DNA from: Podarcis melisellensis
Taxonomy: Eukaryota
Length of the DNA stretch: 64,000 nucleotides
Reading direction: 5' to 3' (one strand)
Assembly: GCA_964234715.1 (NCBI GenBank)
Contig: OZ174280.1
In this document: positions 1 through 12,131 of the stretch, piece by piece
How the letters are laid out: each line of letters begins with the position of its first letter
Numbering within the stretch: the first letter of the stretch is position 1
Position numbers and translations under genes: made by a program
The notes under the pieces: model-generated
Seen by the model: only the letters and a program-made list of their open reading frames with translations
Told to the model about the DNA's origin: nothing
Database searches by the model: none

Positions 1-518
1 AATGTTATCATTTTCTTTTTGCCCTCTCTTTATTAGCCAGCCAATTTGTCTTGAATAGAAGCAGTGTATAATGCCAATTCTTTCATATTCTAGATTCACC
101 TAGGAAATCACTCGCAATTTCTCCCTAGGGCCTGGTTGTGGTTCACAGCAGCTTTTGTCCTTCCGTGAGAATAAGCACAGCGAGGCAAGATAACTGGCAG
201 GTCTCTGTCCGGCATATGGCAATAGGGATGCACTAAGCAGATCGGAAAGCAATAAATTGCCCGTTCCCATTGTAAAGCCTGTATACTAATGAGGAGATGC
301 AGCACTTTGCATCATTATGACTGGGAATGATTGGAGGCAGGGGGCCTAATGTAATGCATGACCATAGCAGCTCCATTAATGAAACAGATAAGGAAAACTG
401 AATGGAAATTGACACTGTCAGTTCAAATTGTCCTTCACCTACCTACTTTGTCTCAGTATAATAAAAATTAGGAGGGTTGTGTGGGGAGCTTCTTTGCTTT
501 TAAAAAATCATTTGCTTG

Positions 519-1520
519 CATAAGAACATAAGATCCCACCAGGATCAGATGAAAGGCCTGTCAAGTCCAGCATGGTGGACTTGTGGAAAGATTAAGATTT
601 TTTTTTGGGGGGGGGGGAAATATACAATGAATTAAAAAAGATGATGGGGATAACTTTTACTTAAAAACCGGAGGCATTTCTATTAAGTATTTTAGATAAA
701 GAGATGCAAAAAAATCTAAGAGAGGTATTTTTGTATGCAACAGCAGCGACTCGTATACTTGTGGCCAAGGGATGGGCAGATCACGAGGCTCCAAAAATAA
801 CAGACTGGCAAATCAAAGTACAGGAATTGGTGGAGACGGCTCAACTGACTAGTAAACTCAGAGGAAACTCAAAGCAAAAATTAGCGGAAAAATGGGATGG
901 TTATAAAAAATATGTTCAAAAATACAATAATAGTTTTGACTCCGTGCTAGCATTCGAGTGATAAAGGAACTAAAAGGAGTTTTACTACAATTAAGGATTT
1001 ATCATGTTTTCAGAATGTATTAGAAAAATTATATAGAAAGGTTTATTGTTTTGTGTACATTCAAATGTAAGATAAAACATATGCAAAGGGACTTGACAGG
1101 AAGTCAAAGTTGAAGAAAAGATTTTGGAAGATAAAAGCGGAAAAATATTTACTTTCATTATTATCATTTTGTGTGCGGGTGTGGGTGTCTGGGTGTCTGC
1201 ACATATGTGTGTTGTTGTATGCAATGTTTGGGAGGAAATAAGACGGTAAATAACAAATAGCAAACTAAATATCGATGTATGTAATTTTTATTTCTTGATT
1301 ATATTTAGTGGTAGTATGGCTGTATTGTTTTCTGTAACATAAAACCTTTCAATAAAAATTATTTATTTATTTTTTTAAAAAAGTCCAGCATTCTGTTCCC
1401 ACAGTGGCCAACCAGATGCCTATGGGAAACCACAAGCAAGAGTCGTCATCCATTCTTTTCCCCAGCAACTGGTGATGCCTCTGACACTGGAGATAGTATT
1501 TATCAGTCATCATGACTAAT
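519..1520 (-). mobile_element. CR1-type LINE 3' end interrupted by the L1 above
   Basis: cataagaacataaga tail; aagtccagcattctgttcccacagtggccaaccagatgcc resumes after the insertion; similar copies at 49773-49850 and 56755-56835. Confidence 0.7.
574..1380 (+). mobile_element. 5'-truncated L1-clade LINE (ORF2 C-terminus plus 3' UTR)
   Basis: WWTC.KI..FW and FLYATAATRILVAKGW...DWQIK motifs; AATAAA at 1351; A/T tail; 11-bp TSD AAGTCCAGCAT at 563-573 and 1381-1391. Confidence 0.85.
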
Positions 1521-1987
1521 GCACTTAAACGGGTATCAGGTATAAACGCAGTATAAATTCAGCAAGCATGTGAGCCGTCAAGCTCCTAGTGAAGGAGCTT
1601 CATCTGTCAAATTCAGAAAGGCATCCCTTCTTGAGATAGAAGTCTCTCAACAGGCACCATAGCATTCCCCAGGCACCAAACCAAGTTCTTCCTTTCATGG
1701 TGGGTGAAAGTTCTGTAATAAGGGTGTGAGCAAGCACAGAACTAAATCACTTGGCTATTTTTCTCTAGCCTATAGGTGAGGCACTGCCTGTTTTTATTAT
1801 CAGTCACAACCAGACCCAACCAAACCAAACAGATATTTTTATACCAATATCCCATCCCAACCACTCCAAGTATGCTTTGCCGTCCTTCCTAACAGACTTG
1901 TTCAGATAATTTCGATTATGTGGAAGTACAGTAAAATCTTTGGCAAAAGAAGATGGCATGGAGACGGTGTTGTTGTTTTTTTAAACC

Positions 1988-1993
1988 TTTATT
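1988..1993 (-). terminator. Candidate distal TAL1 poly(A) signal AATAAA
   Basis: tttatt on plus strand just beyond the conserved-looking distal UTR block. Confidence 0.55.
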
Positions 1994-2017
1994 TAGAAAT
2001 ATCCCTCATATAGTCAT

Positions 2018-2051
2018 TATATATATATATATTTATATATATATATATATA
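2018..2051 (+). repeat. (TA)n microsatellite
   Basis: Direct reading. Confidence 0.9.
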
Positions 2052-4804
2052 CATACACATTACAACAAATGTGTTTTCAAAGTAGCACATCACCTTGTGG
2101 GCTTTTACAAAGGTAATCAGAATAAAAATGTACCAAGTCTGGTTATACTTTACTTCTGCTGTAAAATGCAGGGGGGGAAAACAACAACAAAAGGGGCAAA
2201 AAGAATCCATCACACAGTACGACACTCACTTGAAAGTGCTGCTTCTTCAGAACCTAAATTTTGTGGGTGTTATATACACCAAGACACAGAGCAGGAAAGA
2301 GAGGAGAGGCATGGAGAAGCAGAGTTGTACCATTCCAATCACAATTTAAAGTACACATGAACAGACCTCAGATATACTGAAATTGTACTGTGCCGAAAAG
2401 ATATGAGTTGTACCATTCTCTCATATGGATTAAAACAGTCGAAGAGTGTGAGTAATGCATGTGATGTGTGGAAAACACCTAACATTTTATTCTCCCCAAT
2501 TTCTGGGCAACAGAATCCACCAAAGAAATTGAGATGTAAGCAGCTTACATCTCTCCATAGTGACCCTCCCAGTTACACCAGCACTATTCAGATGACGTGT
2601 GATGCAGGGAAGGCAAGGTAAGCAGAGGGAGAGAGACCAAAGGCTGGATCCTGTAACCTAGAGACAGTCTGACATCTGTTTAACTAGGGGGGCAATACTA
2701 TTGATCAACATCCCAGTAGAACATGCGCATCTCAAAACTCAAGATCAGGCACAGTGATTCTTTTCTCCATTCTCACCCAGACCTCCTCCTCCTGCTCCAC
2801 CTTCATTGGCTACGTGATAATCTCCGACTCAGGTGTAGAATTACTTATTGGTCTCACTCTTAGTCCCTCCCCGACACTTTGCATTTATAACTATCATAGA
2901 AATAGACGCCATATTGTTGTTTTCTTCCATGACCTGGAACTCTATGAGGCATTACAAAGGAATGCAAGATTGCTGTTGTCTAAGTTAAACACAGAAGGTT
3001 AGATGCATACTAAGCTTGTTTCACTATAGCTACAGCCTTTAACTGGAAGCAGATCCCATTGAACTCAATGGGCTTACATCTGAATAGACATGTATAAGAC
3101 TGCACTTTTCATTCCCATTACAATCTAGGGGACAAGTCATCATTAGTTTAATTCTGTTAATTACAATAGAACCTAAACTCACCTTAGTCTAGATCCAACC
3201 TAGAGTGGCATTTTGCATGTCTGAAGAAATTCACACCACATTATTTTACCTTATTTCCCACATATAAAATATCTAGGTGAGGGACAGGACCCAGCAAGTT
3301 GAGCACCAGCTATGTTTTTATGAGCAGTGAGGAAAGCAGAAAAAAATCAGTTTACTGAGATGGCATACATGTATAACAGTTCACCAGGGTCTCAATAAAT
3401 CTAGCTGGTGAGCTGCATTAGGCTTAGTGGTTCACAGACTGGAGCTGCCATCGTTATTATTAATTTTTTGCAAATCTAGTGAAATGTACCAAATAGGTTC
3501 ACATTGATGGTGAGATTAGACATTCACTGATCAGATGAGTTCAGTTGCTATTTTAGTACATGAAACAACAGTTTGCACTCATCTCTGCTGTGAAGCAACA
3601 TGGGAGTGAGGAATTTCTTCAAGATGCACACCCCATTGCCTATAACGTCTCAATGGGAGAATGTGAAAGTCATTGTGTACATGAAATCAAACAATGTATA
3701 TTTGGATTTTTATCATTAGGAAATGCAACACTGCCCGCATACTTCCTTTGCAGAAGACTGTGTGAAAGCTCACACAATATAGGTTACTTCAACAGCTCAG
3801 GGGAGACACACCACACTTTTGCAGAGTGACAGTACCACCAAGAGCATAAGGGGACAGATCACTTACTTGGAGCAGTTGAATGTTAACCCATGGTGAGGGC
3901 TGGTATTGAGCTCCACGGAAATGGTGTTGAGGTCTAGAGAATGCAAGATGTGGAATGAGGTTAAAGAGCTCCTCACACAACTTCCCCAAGCACAGTTCTT
4001 TAGACTCACACAAACATTTACCTACAATATTGTGAAGTCAGAGGAATTTGTCCCCTGTGGAATATCAGTTGCAGAAGTTAATTCTGATGTGGAAGTGGCT
4101 GGGGAGCTTTATTAAATCTATGCTAACATTGCCCAAAGCCAACTGACATGCCTAAGGGTGAAGCCAAGTCTAAACCAAACAAGACCATTTTGGGCCCTAG
4201 AACAATAATACCAAAAACTGGGGGGGGGGGGGGTTAACGTTTTCACTTGAAAATACTTCTTCATATAATATACCTCTCAACACAAACATACGTACAGACA
4301 TTTTAACATAGCAATAGTTCATGTTCATTTCCTCAGAAAACAGAAGGAGGTATCTCAGGGGCTTGCCTGGTGGGACAGAGGCAGGGGGCTCACTGATGAT
4401 AACTGGGGTGAGCTAGATGAATCAGTGGCAAGGTCAGGACTGTGCAGAGGCTCCCACTGGAGTGTCCACACAGCCCTGGCCTCATGCCACCCAGTACGTG
4501 GCAGCAGTGACACTGGTCCTAGGAGGCTCTTCCTGCAGCTCCACTCACCAGGTGAGCCACTCCTGTTTTTACCAGTTCTATGAAATCCAGTCATATTTAT
4601 TTAGGAACAGGCAGCTCTATGCCACAGTTTTCATTGGTCAAAAGACTAGAGAAGGCTGTATCCCATTTCCTAGTTGACTATCAACCTAAGAAAAGAGACT
4701 GTAAAGACTGAAACATAAAGTAAATGTGGGGCTGATGAACATGTCCAAAATTTGACCTATGGTGGCTGTGCAGAACCAGTGAATGAATGCAGCACACTAA
4801 GAGC

Positions 4805-4890
4805 TCAATCCTATATGTATTAACTCAGAAGTAAACCCCATGTGTTCAATGAGGATTACTCCTTAGTATGTGTGTGTAGGATTACATCCC
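4805..4890. repeat. Short palindromic interspersed repeat (aatccta...actcagaagtaa...ttcaatg...ttact...taggatt)
   Basis: Related copies near 3045-3105, 16135-16240, 17125-17205, 34360-34460, 47750-47860, 62565-62690. Confidence 0.55.
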
Positions 4891-6018
4891 AAAACTCAGA
4901 ATCTGGTGCTTTGCAGTTCATTTAATCTGACTTTCAGATTCCATTTCCTATCTATGGATTTCTGCCAATGCTTCCTGTTCATAACAAGTGTTTAAACAGA
5001 AACTTTTACAAGCAGTGTTTAGCAAGCTATTTATTCCACCTCTCCAAATACATTTGGGTGTTAATTGGATAATGGGGAAATGAAGTCCACACACATATGC
5101 ATAAGCAAGCACATCGTCCAAAAGAGAAATGCTTTAACTTTCACCAAAAACACAAACCCTCAAAATCAGAAACCCTTTGGCATTAAAAACAAAAGCCTTC
5201 TGTAAAGCTGTTTCGATATCTATGAGATGTTTATTTAAAAAATAAAACAAGACTTAAGACTGAAACCCAAAAGGCCTTCTCCATTAAGGGTAGACTTCCA
5301 CTTGTTTGCAAAGCTCTGTCCTTCAGTCATGGAAGCACCCAGAGTTTTCTGAATCATTCCTGTAAAACTGCTGTAGCTACAGAGAGTGCATTAAACAGAA
5401 GCAGTCTTAGCAACTATAGCTTCCCAATATGCATCCTAGAATTATGGGTGTGCTTGCAAACATGTTGCTTTGTGCACATTCACATGCTACAATTTTATCC
5501 GCACACTTCCTAGGCTCGTCTTGAACATGCAGTACAGTATAAGAATTGGCCCTGAGAAGTGCAAAAACTTCCTGGATCTGCAATCGCCACAGAATCATTG
5601 CCTGTAACCTTCAAAGCTCAAAGTATTTCTCAAACACTGTCGTAGGCTTTATTGGTGGTTTGGTGAGATTGCAGAGAGGTGAATTCTGATAGGGGCTAGT
5701 TGGAAGAGGTTTTGAACAAAGTACTGGCATTGGGGAAATGCCCAGGAAAGAGCTCACATGCTAGCGGAAACATAACATCAGAGGGTTATGTTGCACAACA
5801 GAATGCACACCAGCTCTGGCTCCCTGCAATTTCTGAGAATAGTACCCCCTGAGCACTGTCCTCTTGGGGCTTCTACTGCAAAGTCTCCTAGGGCACTTCC
5901 AGACTGTCGCTATTTTGGGGTTTGATTCAATCACATACTGATAAATGCAGGCTGCACAATTATAGTTGCTGCACAATTATAGTTGCTTGGGAGGTCTTGT
6001 GCAACAAACCCCCAAATA

Positions 6019-6215
6019 TTCCAGTAGCGCTTTAGAGACCAAACTAAGTTTGTTATTGGTGTGAGCTTTTGTGTGCATGCATAGGTATCTGAAGAAGTGT
6101 GCATGCACGCGAAAGCTCGTACCAATAACAAACTTAGTTGGTCTCTAAGGTGCTACTGGAAGGAAGTTTTTAATTTTGCTTCATCTATGGCAGACTAACA
6201 CAGCTAGCCATCTGT
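6019..6215 (+). mobile_element. Penelope-like element terminal fragment forming an inverted repeat
   Basis: Arms 6019-6081 and 6100-6161; CTGAAGA...GAAAGCTC hammerhead-like core typical of Penelope pseudo-LTRs. Confidence 0.7.
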
Positions 6216-7397
6216 GATAGGGGAATGCACTGATACGCTGTCTAGCCTCTCCACAAGCAAGTCAGGGTGAATACTCCATCTGGAGGCACCCTTAGCATGT
6301 CGGAACAAGCACAGTTGGCCATTTGCCATTCTCAGCAAGAGCCTGACTCTGATGACCAACAGCATCAACCACGAATATGGTTCATGGATATGCTTTTGTG
6401 CAACTCCCATTCATTTCCACAGATCTTGTGCAGGAGAAGCTCCTAGTGGCTCATGTGACCCCCTGACTTTTACGTAAGTAAATCCAAACAAGTCAAAGTG
6501 CATTACTGAAACGTGGTTTATACCAGTTTTGTATATAAATATATATTTACATACACACACAATTTCTCGTCGCACTTGTTTCAGGAAAAATAAAACCAGG
6601 AAACCCCAAGATAAGAACTCCAAGGAAATGCTGTTGCTCACCCAGGTTAGAAGAAATCATCACTGTGATGAAATGTCAGAAGTTGGGAAACAAACTCTCA
6701 CTGATGTACCTTTTTAGTTCAACAGATACTGCAGGTTGGAATTAAACAAAAAGATTTTCGCCATCATAAATACAAGACCTCAAACAACCCAAAATTGAGC
6801 TAGATTTAATTTTTAAAAAAATTCAGAGAAACCCACAACACAAAGTCAGCTGTTCCTTCGCAAGGGATTATTTCCTTTCTTCCATAAGAAAGGCATAGCT
6901 CTTGAGTGAAGGCAGACAAGTTGCATACATTTTCTCAAAGTGAGCTGGAGAAAAACCACACTGCAGGGATGGTTTTTAAGGGCTTTCGTGGCCCCACGGA
7001 CGCACAATGTAATGGAAGATGCTTGGAACAGATGACAGGGAACGAGGGGCAACACAATACTGAAACAGTGATAACTCTGCAGAAGGACAGAGTGTCAGGC
7101 CAATCCCTTTTAAACCTTGTATGAATACAAGATGAGATGGCTGCATATTTCCACCTTTGAGTGTTAAACTCTTTCAAAAACACAGAGTTAACAAGAAAAT
7201 CCTCCCAGGCCATCAATGCTCTGTCAGTGAAGATGCATGTGATCCATCTGTGTTTTGTTATGCAGCTCTCTTGTTCAAGCCAACAGGAAAACTTGGGAAG
7301 TACCCATTTTCAATTCAAGAAGAGGGGGGGTGAAGGACATGCATAAATTCCAGATACCATGTATTCAAGGGCCTGCCTGTGCCTCTTTGCAGGTTCA

Positions 7398-7819
7398 TCA
7401 TCGCTGCGCACTGTTTTCAATGGGAAGAATAGAATGGTGGAGAGCTCTCGTGTGCTGCTTGGGGTCTAATGGTTCGTGTTCTTCTGTGAAACTGTCTGGG
7501 CTTCCTGCTCCATCTAATGAGCTTCCACAGCTTGAGTTTGGAGACAACATGTCCTGAAGAAGGTCCTCTTGCACGAGGGCACTCTCTTTGCTGACTTTAC
7601 CCCTTTGGTTTCCTTCTTCTTCCTGGTCATTGAGCAGCTTGGCCAAGAAATTGATGTATTTCATAGCCAGGCGTAAGATTTCGTTCTTGCTCAGCTTTTT
7701 GTCAGGCGGGTGAGTTGGGATAAGCTTGCGGAGCTCAGCAAAAGCTCCATTGACATTCTGCTGCCTCCACCTCTCCCGGCTATTTGTGAATATTCGACGG
7801 ACCACCTTTGTGTGAGGAC
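7398..7819 (-). CDS. TAL1: TAL1 last coding exon with bHLH domain
   Basis: [63 protein letters not shown]; tttttag| acceptor; TGA at 7400-7398. Total CDS 1128 nt = 375 aa. Confidence 0.99.
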
Positions 7820-7919
7820 CTAAAAAGAAAAAGAAATGCAAGTTTAGCAGTGACAGAATTCATGGGGAAACAGTAACATGAACACATTGAAACAACTTAT
7901 TAAAGTGTGGTTTTTCAGG

Positions 7920-9143
7920 TAGGGATGGATGAATCTCTCATTTTCCCCATCTTAATTTCAGTTCACCATATTTCTGCTACGCATGGAACTTAACACTGTA
8001 TTCCTGGAAAACGCTCTGTGGAAGCACATACTTTGTCACTGGTTATCTCTATGGCACAATCTCCCAAACTTGTACTTGATACAATGTATGTGGAGAGATG
8101 ATTTCCAGAGCCCATGGGTAAAAAATTTACAGCTGAAAATTACAGCAATGGGAATCTCCCCATCCAAATTACTAGAGCAGGACATAGTTCCAGCTAAAAG
8201 AACAGTAACCTGTAAACTAGAGGAGATGGACTTGCAGCAGAAAATGGTCTTGGGCAACGGTACCTGCTCACCTCTAAACCTTGGTTTATTACCCCTCTTA
8301 AGGCTCCCAAACTATTTGAATTCCTTAACTTCTTCGGCTCATAGATATGCCTTTGTAAAGGCAAGATTCAACACCTTCCCATCAAACGTGCTGAGAAATA
8401 GATTCTCCAATGGACAGATATCGCTCTTATGTGATTGTAATTGTGGGGCACCGGAATCGTTGCATCACATAATTCTTGATTGTGCTTTTCACTTATCGGC
8501 CAGGAGCAAGTTTCTTGCTCAATATCTTAAGGGAATTGCCGATGATACGACTGAAGCCAAACTGAGATATCTATTAAATGATGATGACCCCCTAAGATCA
8601 CTCATGGTTGCCAGATTCTTGATCAGCGTCCTATCCCTAAAGAAGAGAAACGGACTCTTGTGTGGCTCGGATAATCCCTTTAAACCATGATCTATGTTTT
8701 AGGATGTAATTAGGTATTATCACCATTGATGTCTTCTATTAATTTATGAGCAGAGGGTGATGTTTATGTTACAAATTTATTGTAATGTATGATGTTGGTC
8801 TTTTGTTTTTGTTTTGCTTTGGTTCTTGTCTGTTTTTTGTAAGTTTTGGAGGTTTTAAATTTGGAGGTTCAAGTACATTATGGTGGTATGGGAAACTGTC
8901 GTGTGATGGGCCAATGGCCATAATAAAAATCAATCCAATCCAATCCATATTTCTGCATTAGTTTGCAATTTTTTGAATTAAAAAACCTCACAAAAATTAC
9001 TCAGCATTTTACTGTACATTTCCCCTAAAATACATTTCTCTGTATGCAAATTTTGAAGGACAGCCATGTTTCAGTTTGTGTATTTTTTCAGAAGTGTGAA
9101 TTAGATAAGGTTGCATAAAGACTGGATTTCTCCTTCATTCCTA
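7920..9143. mobile_element. Older MITE-like element hosting the RTE-X-like insertion
   Basis: Imperfect terminal inverted repeats tagggatgga...tccttcattccta. Confidence 0.45.
7978..8944 (+). mobile_element. 5'-truncated non-LTR retrotransposon, RTE-X-like, with open 235-aa C-terminal ORF (7983-8690)
   Basis: AFVKARFN...RF...LCDCNCGAPESLHHIILDC zinc knuckle; AATAAA 8922; (CAATC)n tail; 12-bp TSD CCATATTTCTGC at 7966-7977 and 8945-8956. Confidence 0.85.
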
Positions 9144-9408
9144 CAGTACAATCTGTAGATATCTTAGCAGAGCCAGCCAGGTACACTTTTCATCACTGGA
9201 ACGGGAGACAGAAATTAGAGAGGTGCCCAATTCTTTCTTCTCATAAGGTGTGACACAATAAGGTGTGACTATAATCAGTTCATATTTCAACCCAATCTCT
9301 TCTGCAGCAACATAACCTGAGCCCTCATCCCACAGTGCAACTTGGCTAGCTACTAATCAGAGAATCCTTAACAGAAAGGAATATACATACAGCACTTCAG
9401 GGAGACAC

Positions 9409-9482
9409 TATCTCTATCATCTATCTATCATCTATCCATCTATCTATCTATCATCTACCTATCTGCTATCTCAATCATCTAT
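9409..9482 (+). repeat. Imperfect (TCTA)n microsatellite; a smaller one at 25499-25532
   Basis: Direct reading. Confidence 0.9.
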
Positions 9483-9527
9483 AGCATGCTGCTGGTGGTG
9501 GGTGCTAAATTTACACTTTTCAACATT

Positions 9528-9670
9528 GGGTCAGTCACTGTCTCTTAGCCTAAGCTACCTCACAGGGTAGTTGTGAGGATATGATGGGGAAGCGGGAAAG
9601 CATATATGCCACCTTGAGTTCCTTGAGGGAAAGATGGGATATAAATCAAACAAATATAAAACAAACAAAT
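9528..9670 (+). mobile_element. SINE 3' part with MIR/L2-type tail
   Basis: ctacctcacagggtagttgtgaggat...gccaccttgagttccttgagggaaagatgggatataaat. Confidence 0.6.
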
Positions 9671-11914
9671 ATTATGCAGACTATGAATTGTTTCATATTA
9701 CAAAAAATCATAACACCCAGTTGGATGGTCTGGTGTTCATGATATGACACATGCTATGTGTATTGGGGCCCTTAAGATCCACCAAATACTCTTATAACTG
9801 AGGCCCAGTGTTGAGGAGGGGGCCAAGAGAGAGAGAGAGAGAGAACTTCAGCTGCTTGGTACAGAATGCATCCCAAGTTGGCTTTGTTCCAGTGAAAAAA
9901 AGCTTCTGCTTGTGCAAGGCAGGGCCCCTAATTTTTGTCACACGTACACAAAAGACCTCCATCTTCTGCAACCCTCTGGTTCATATTCCATACTGATCAG
10001 GAGGGTCTCCTAACCATCAGAAGCAACTTTTCAGGGGACACCTGGGTTGCAGTGTGTAGGAGAGATCAGTTGTGGTGCCCATTGAGACTGGTATGGCAGA
10101 AGGCAGAGTGGCTCACAGTGGGTGGAACCATGCCCAATAACAGGCAGAGCCAACTAATTCTAGTTTTGCCCCATCCACCTCATTGCTGAGTTCCATAATG
10201 ATGACACTGATGATTCAGCTATATGTGTGTAGATTCCACCTGAGAGTAATGAAGAGGAAGCTGACAACCAACACTGCCCCTCTCTGGACTCACTATACAA
10301 AAGATGACAGGCAGGTGGGAGCTGACTAAGGGGCTGATGGGGCATTGCTCCATTCCTCCAAACAAGCCACCTTCTCCTAGAGATCAGTAAAAATCATCTT
10401 GGGCAAACAGAGGTGATTTCCACTAGTGCAAAACCGAAATGGATACAGCCCAATAACTTTAATTCACAACCCATTTCCAGCAATTTGCACATACTCAATT
10501 TTAGCAGAATTTAAAAAATAATAATGTGGATTTAGTTGAGTGCAATGCCTGTCGGCAGTTGCCTCCCAAGGGAAAGGGGCCTAGGACCCAGCAGTTCCCC
10601 ACAAGTTAGTCCACCCAACAATCGAAGCAGGAAATTGATCGTGTGGGATACGCCCACCTGATCCTAACAGATGATCCTGCTCAATGCTCCAGAGGAAGGC
10701 GAAAAAGCCCCGGTGTCTGCCATTGTGCCGCGGGGGGAATTTCCTTCCCGATGCCAACCCAGGTGACCAGGAAAACCCTGTGCATAAGAGCAAGAATCAC
10801 CACATGTTACAGCAGAAGGCAGTAGCAAGTGTCATTCCCCTGTCTTTTCCATAAGCAATGTTTACCCTTATATTCTGCATGAATTATGCACTGTGCAGAT
10901 GAAGGAGATTACACATACTTGACTTACTAGGCATTCAGCATGAATTTGGCATTTTTTTAATCAGCAGCACTGGTGGCAGTGGTGAAGGGTAACTGGATTG
11001 AGCGGGCAGTCAAGTATCAAGGGTCTCTTCAAGTCAGGGGGCTGGAGATGTAATGAGGTCAACTGTTGCAACAGGGAAATCTGAATCGATAGGTATTAAG
11101 GGGAGGAAGCTGTTGCTCAAAGCTGGCTTTGGTTCTCAATTTGCAAAGGGATAAGCACTAAGGCAAAAAAAATTATCAATGGATCCCCTGCCCTCTGATC
11201 CAGATGCCTTTGTCCCAGGTGAATGGACTTGACAGAGACGGGGTCAACTCTAGGACTCAAGGAGCACTCTGCAAATTGCCCTCTGGTGGGTCTTCTACAT
11301 TCGTGGGCACTGCAGACTTACGTGTTGGCAATGACATCCTGCTAGGAGGCTCCATTTTAGATTTCACACAGTGCCCCTGACAGAACATTGTCATGGGCCA
11401 CTAAAGGAATCACAAAATGGGGTTGTCAGGCTATATTGGAAGCATTGTGGGAAATTTTAAAATGCCAAATTCAGGGCAGACGTCACTGTCAGTGACCTCT
11501 GATGCAGTACTAGGGCTTTGGCAGTGGCCTGGTGCTGACACCAAGCCTGGACTGAGGTAAATTAATGCTTAAGAAAAACAATTATTCACATGCTCACAGA
11601 CACTCTGCTTTTAGTCACACCAAGAGCCAATTCCCTCCTGACAATCCACACTTAATATACAATTATTTTGAAACCTGGAGTGACTGTCTTCTTCCCCAAC
11701 AGCACCACCCTGTACATATGCCTGGGTGCTTCTGCAAGGACCGGTTTCCTGATGTATATGTTGCAAGGAAGAAATAGCCCAGTGCATCCATCTCTGCATA
11801 CAAAATTACATAGCTTGTCTCTTTATTCAGAGTAGAGATGGGCAATTGCTGAGAAAAGCAGACACGTGTCAAGGATTTATTTAGGACTGGTATTCCAGGA
11901 GGTGCCTATTTGAG

Positions 11915-12131
11915 TAGGGCTGCCATATGTCCAGGAAATGGACTGCCAAAATGGCGTCTGGGTGGATTTTCACAGAATCGGCCAAATGTCGGGGGGAATC
12001 CAGATGTATGGCAACTAGAGCAATATTTTTTTAAAAAAAATGCTTTAAAAAACACTTATTTTTTTTGGAAGATGCTCCCCAAAGGTCAACAACTTTTCCG
12101 GATTTTAACTTTTGGGAATATGGCGACCCTG
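11915..12131. mobile_element. hAT-type MITE
   Basis: TIRs tagggctgccatat / atatggcgaccctg; 8-bp TSD TATTTGAG at 11907-11914 and 12132-12139. Confidence 0.8.

Larger units (their letters stand above)
1965..7397 (-). other. TAL1: Probable long TAL1 3' UTR (~5.4 kb)
   Basis: Block 2320-2590 resembles my recollection of the distal human TAL1 3' UTR. AATAAA on minus at 1993-1988. Alternative AATAAA at 4113-4108, 5035-5030, 5235-5230, 5653-5648. Confidence 0.6.

Noticed and set aside
5951-5987. 17-bp tandem duplication (others at 38240-38293 and 63955-63981)
   Set aside because: Ordinary local slippage duplications with no sign of function.
7983-8690. 235-aa ORF as a novel nested host gene
   Set aside because: Bounded by TSDs with a repeat tail and a retrotransposon CCHC knuckle; 5'-truncated.
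10545-10800. Possible structured ncRNA in the last TAL1 intron
   Set aside because: Contains ggaatttccttcccga resembling a CR1-related 3' UTR segment; likely a repeat, family not assignable by eye.
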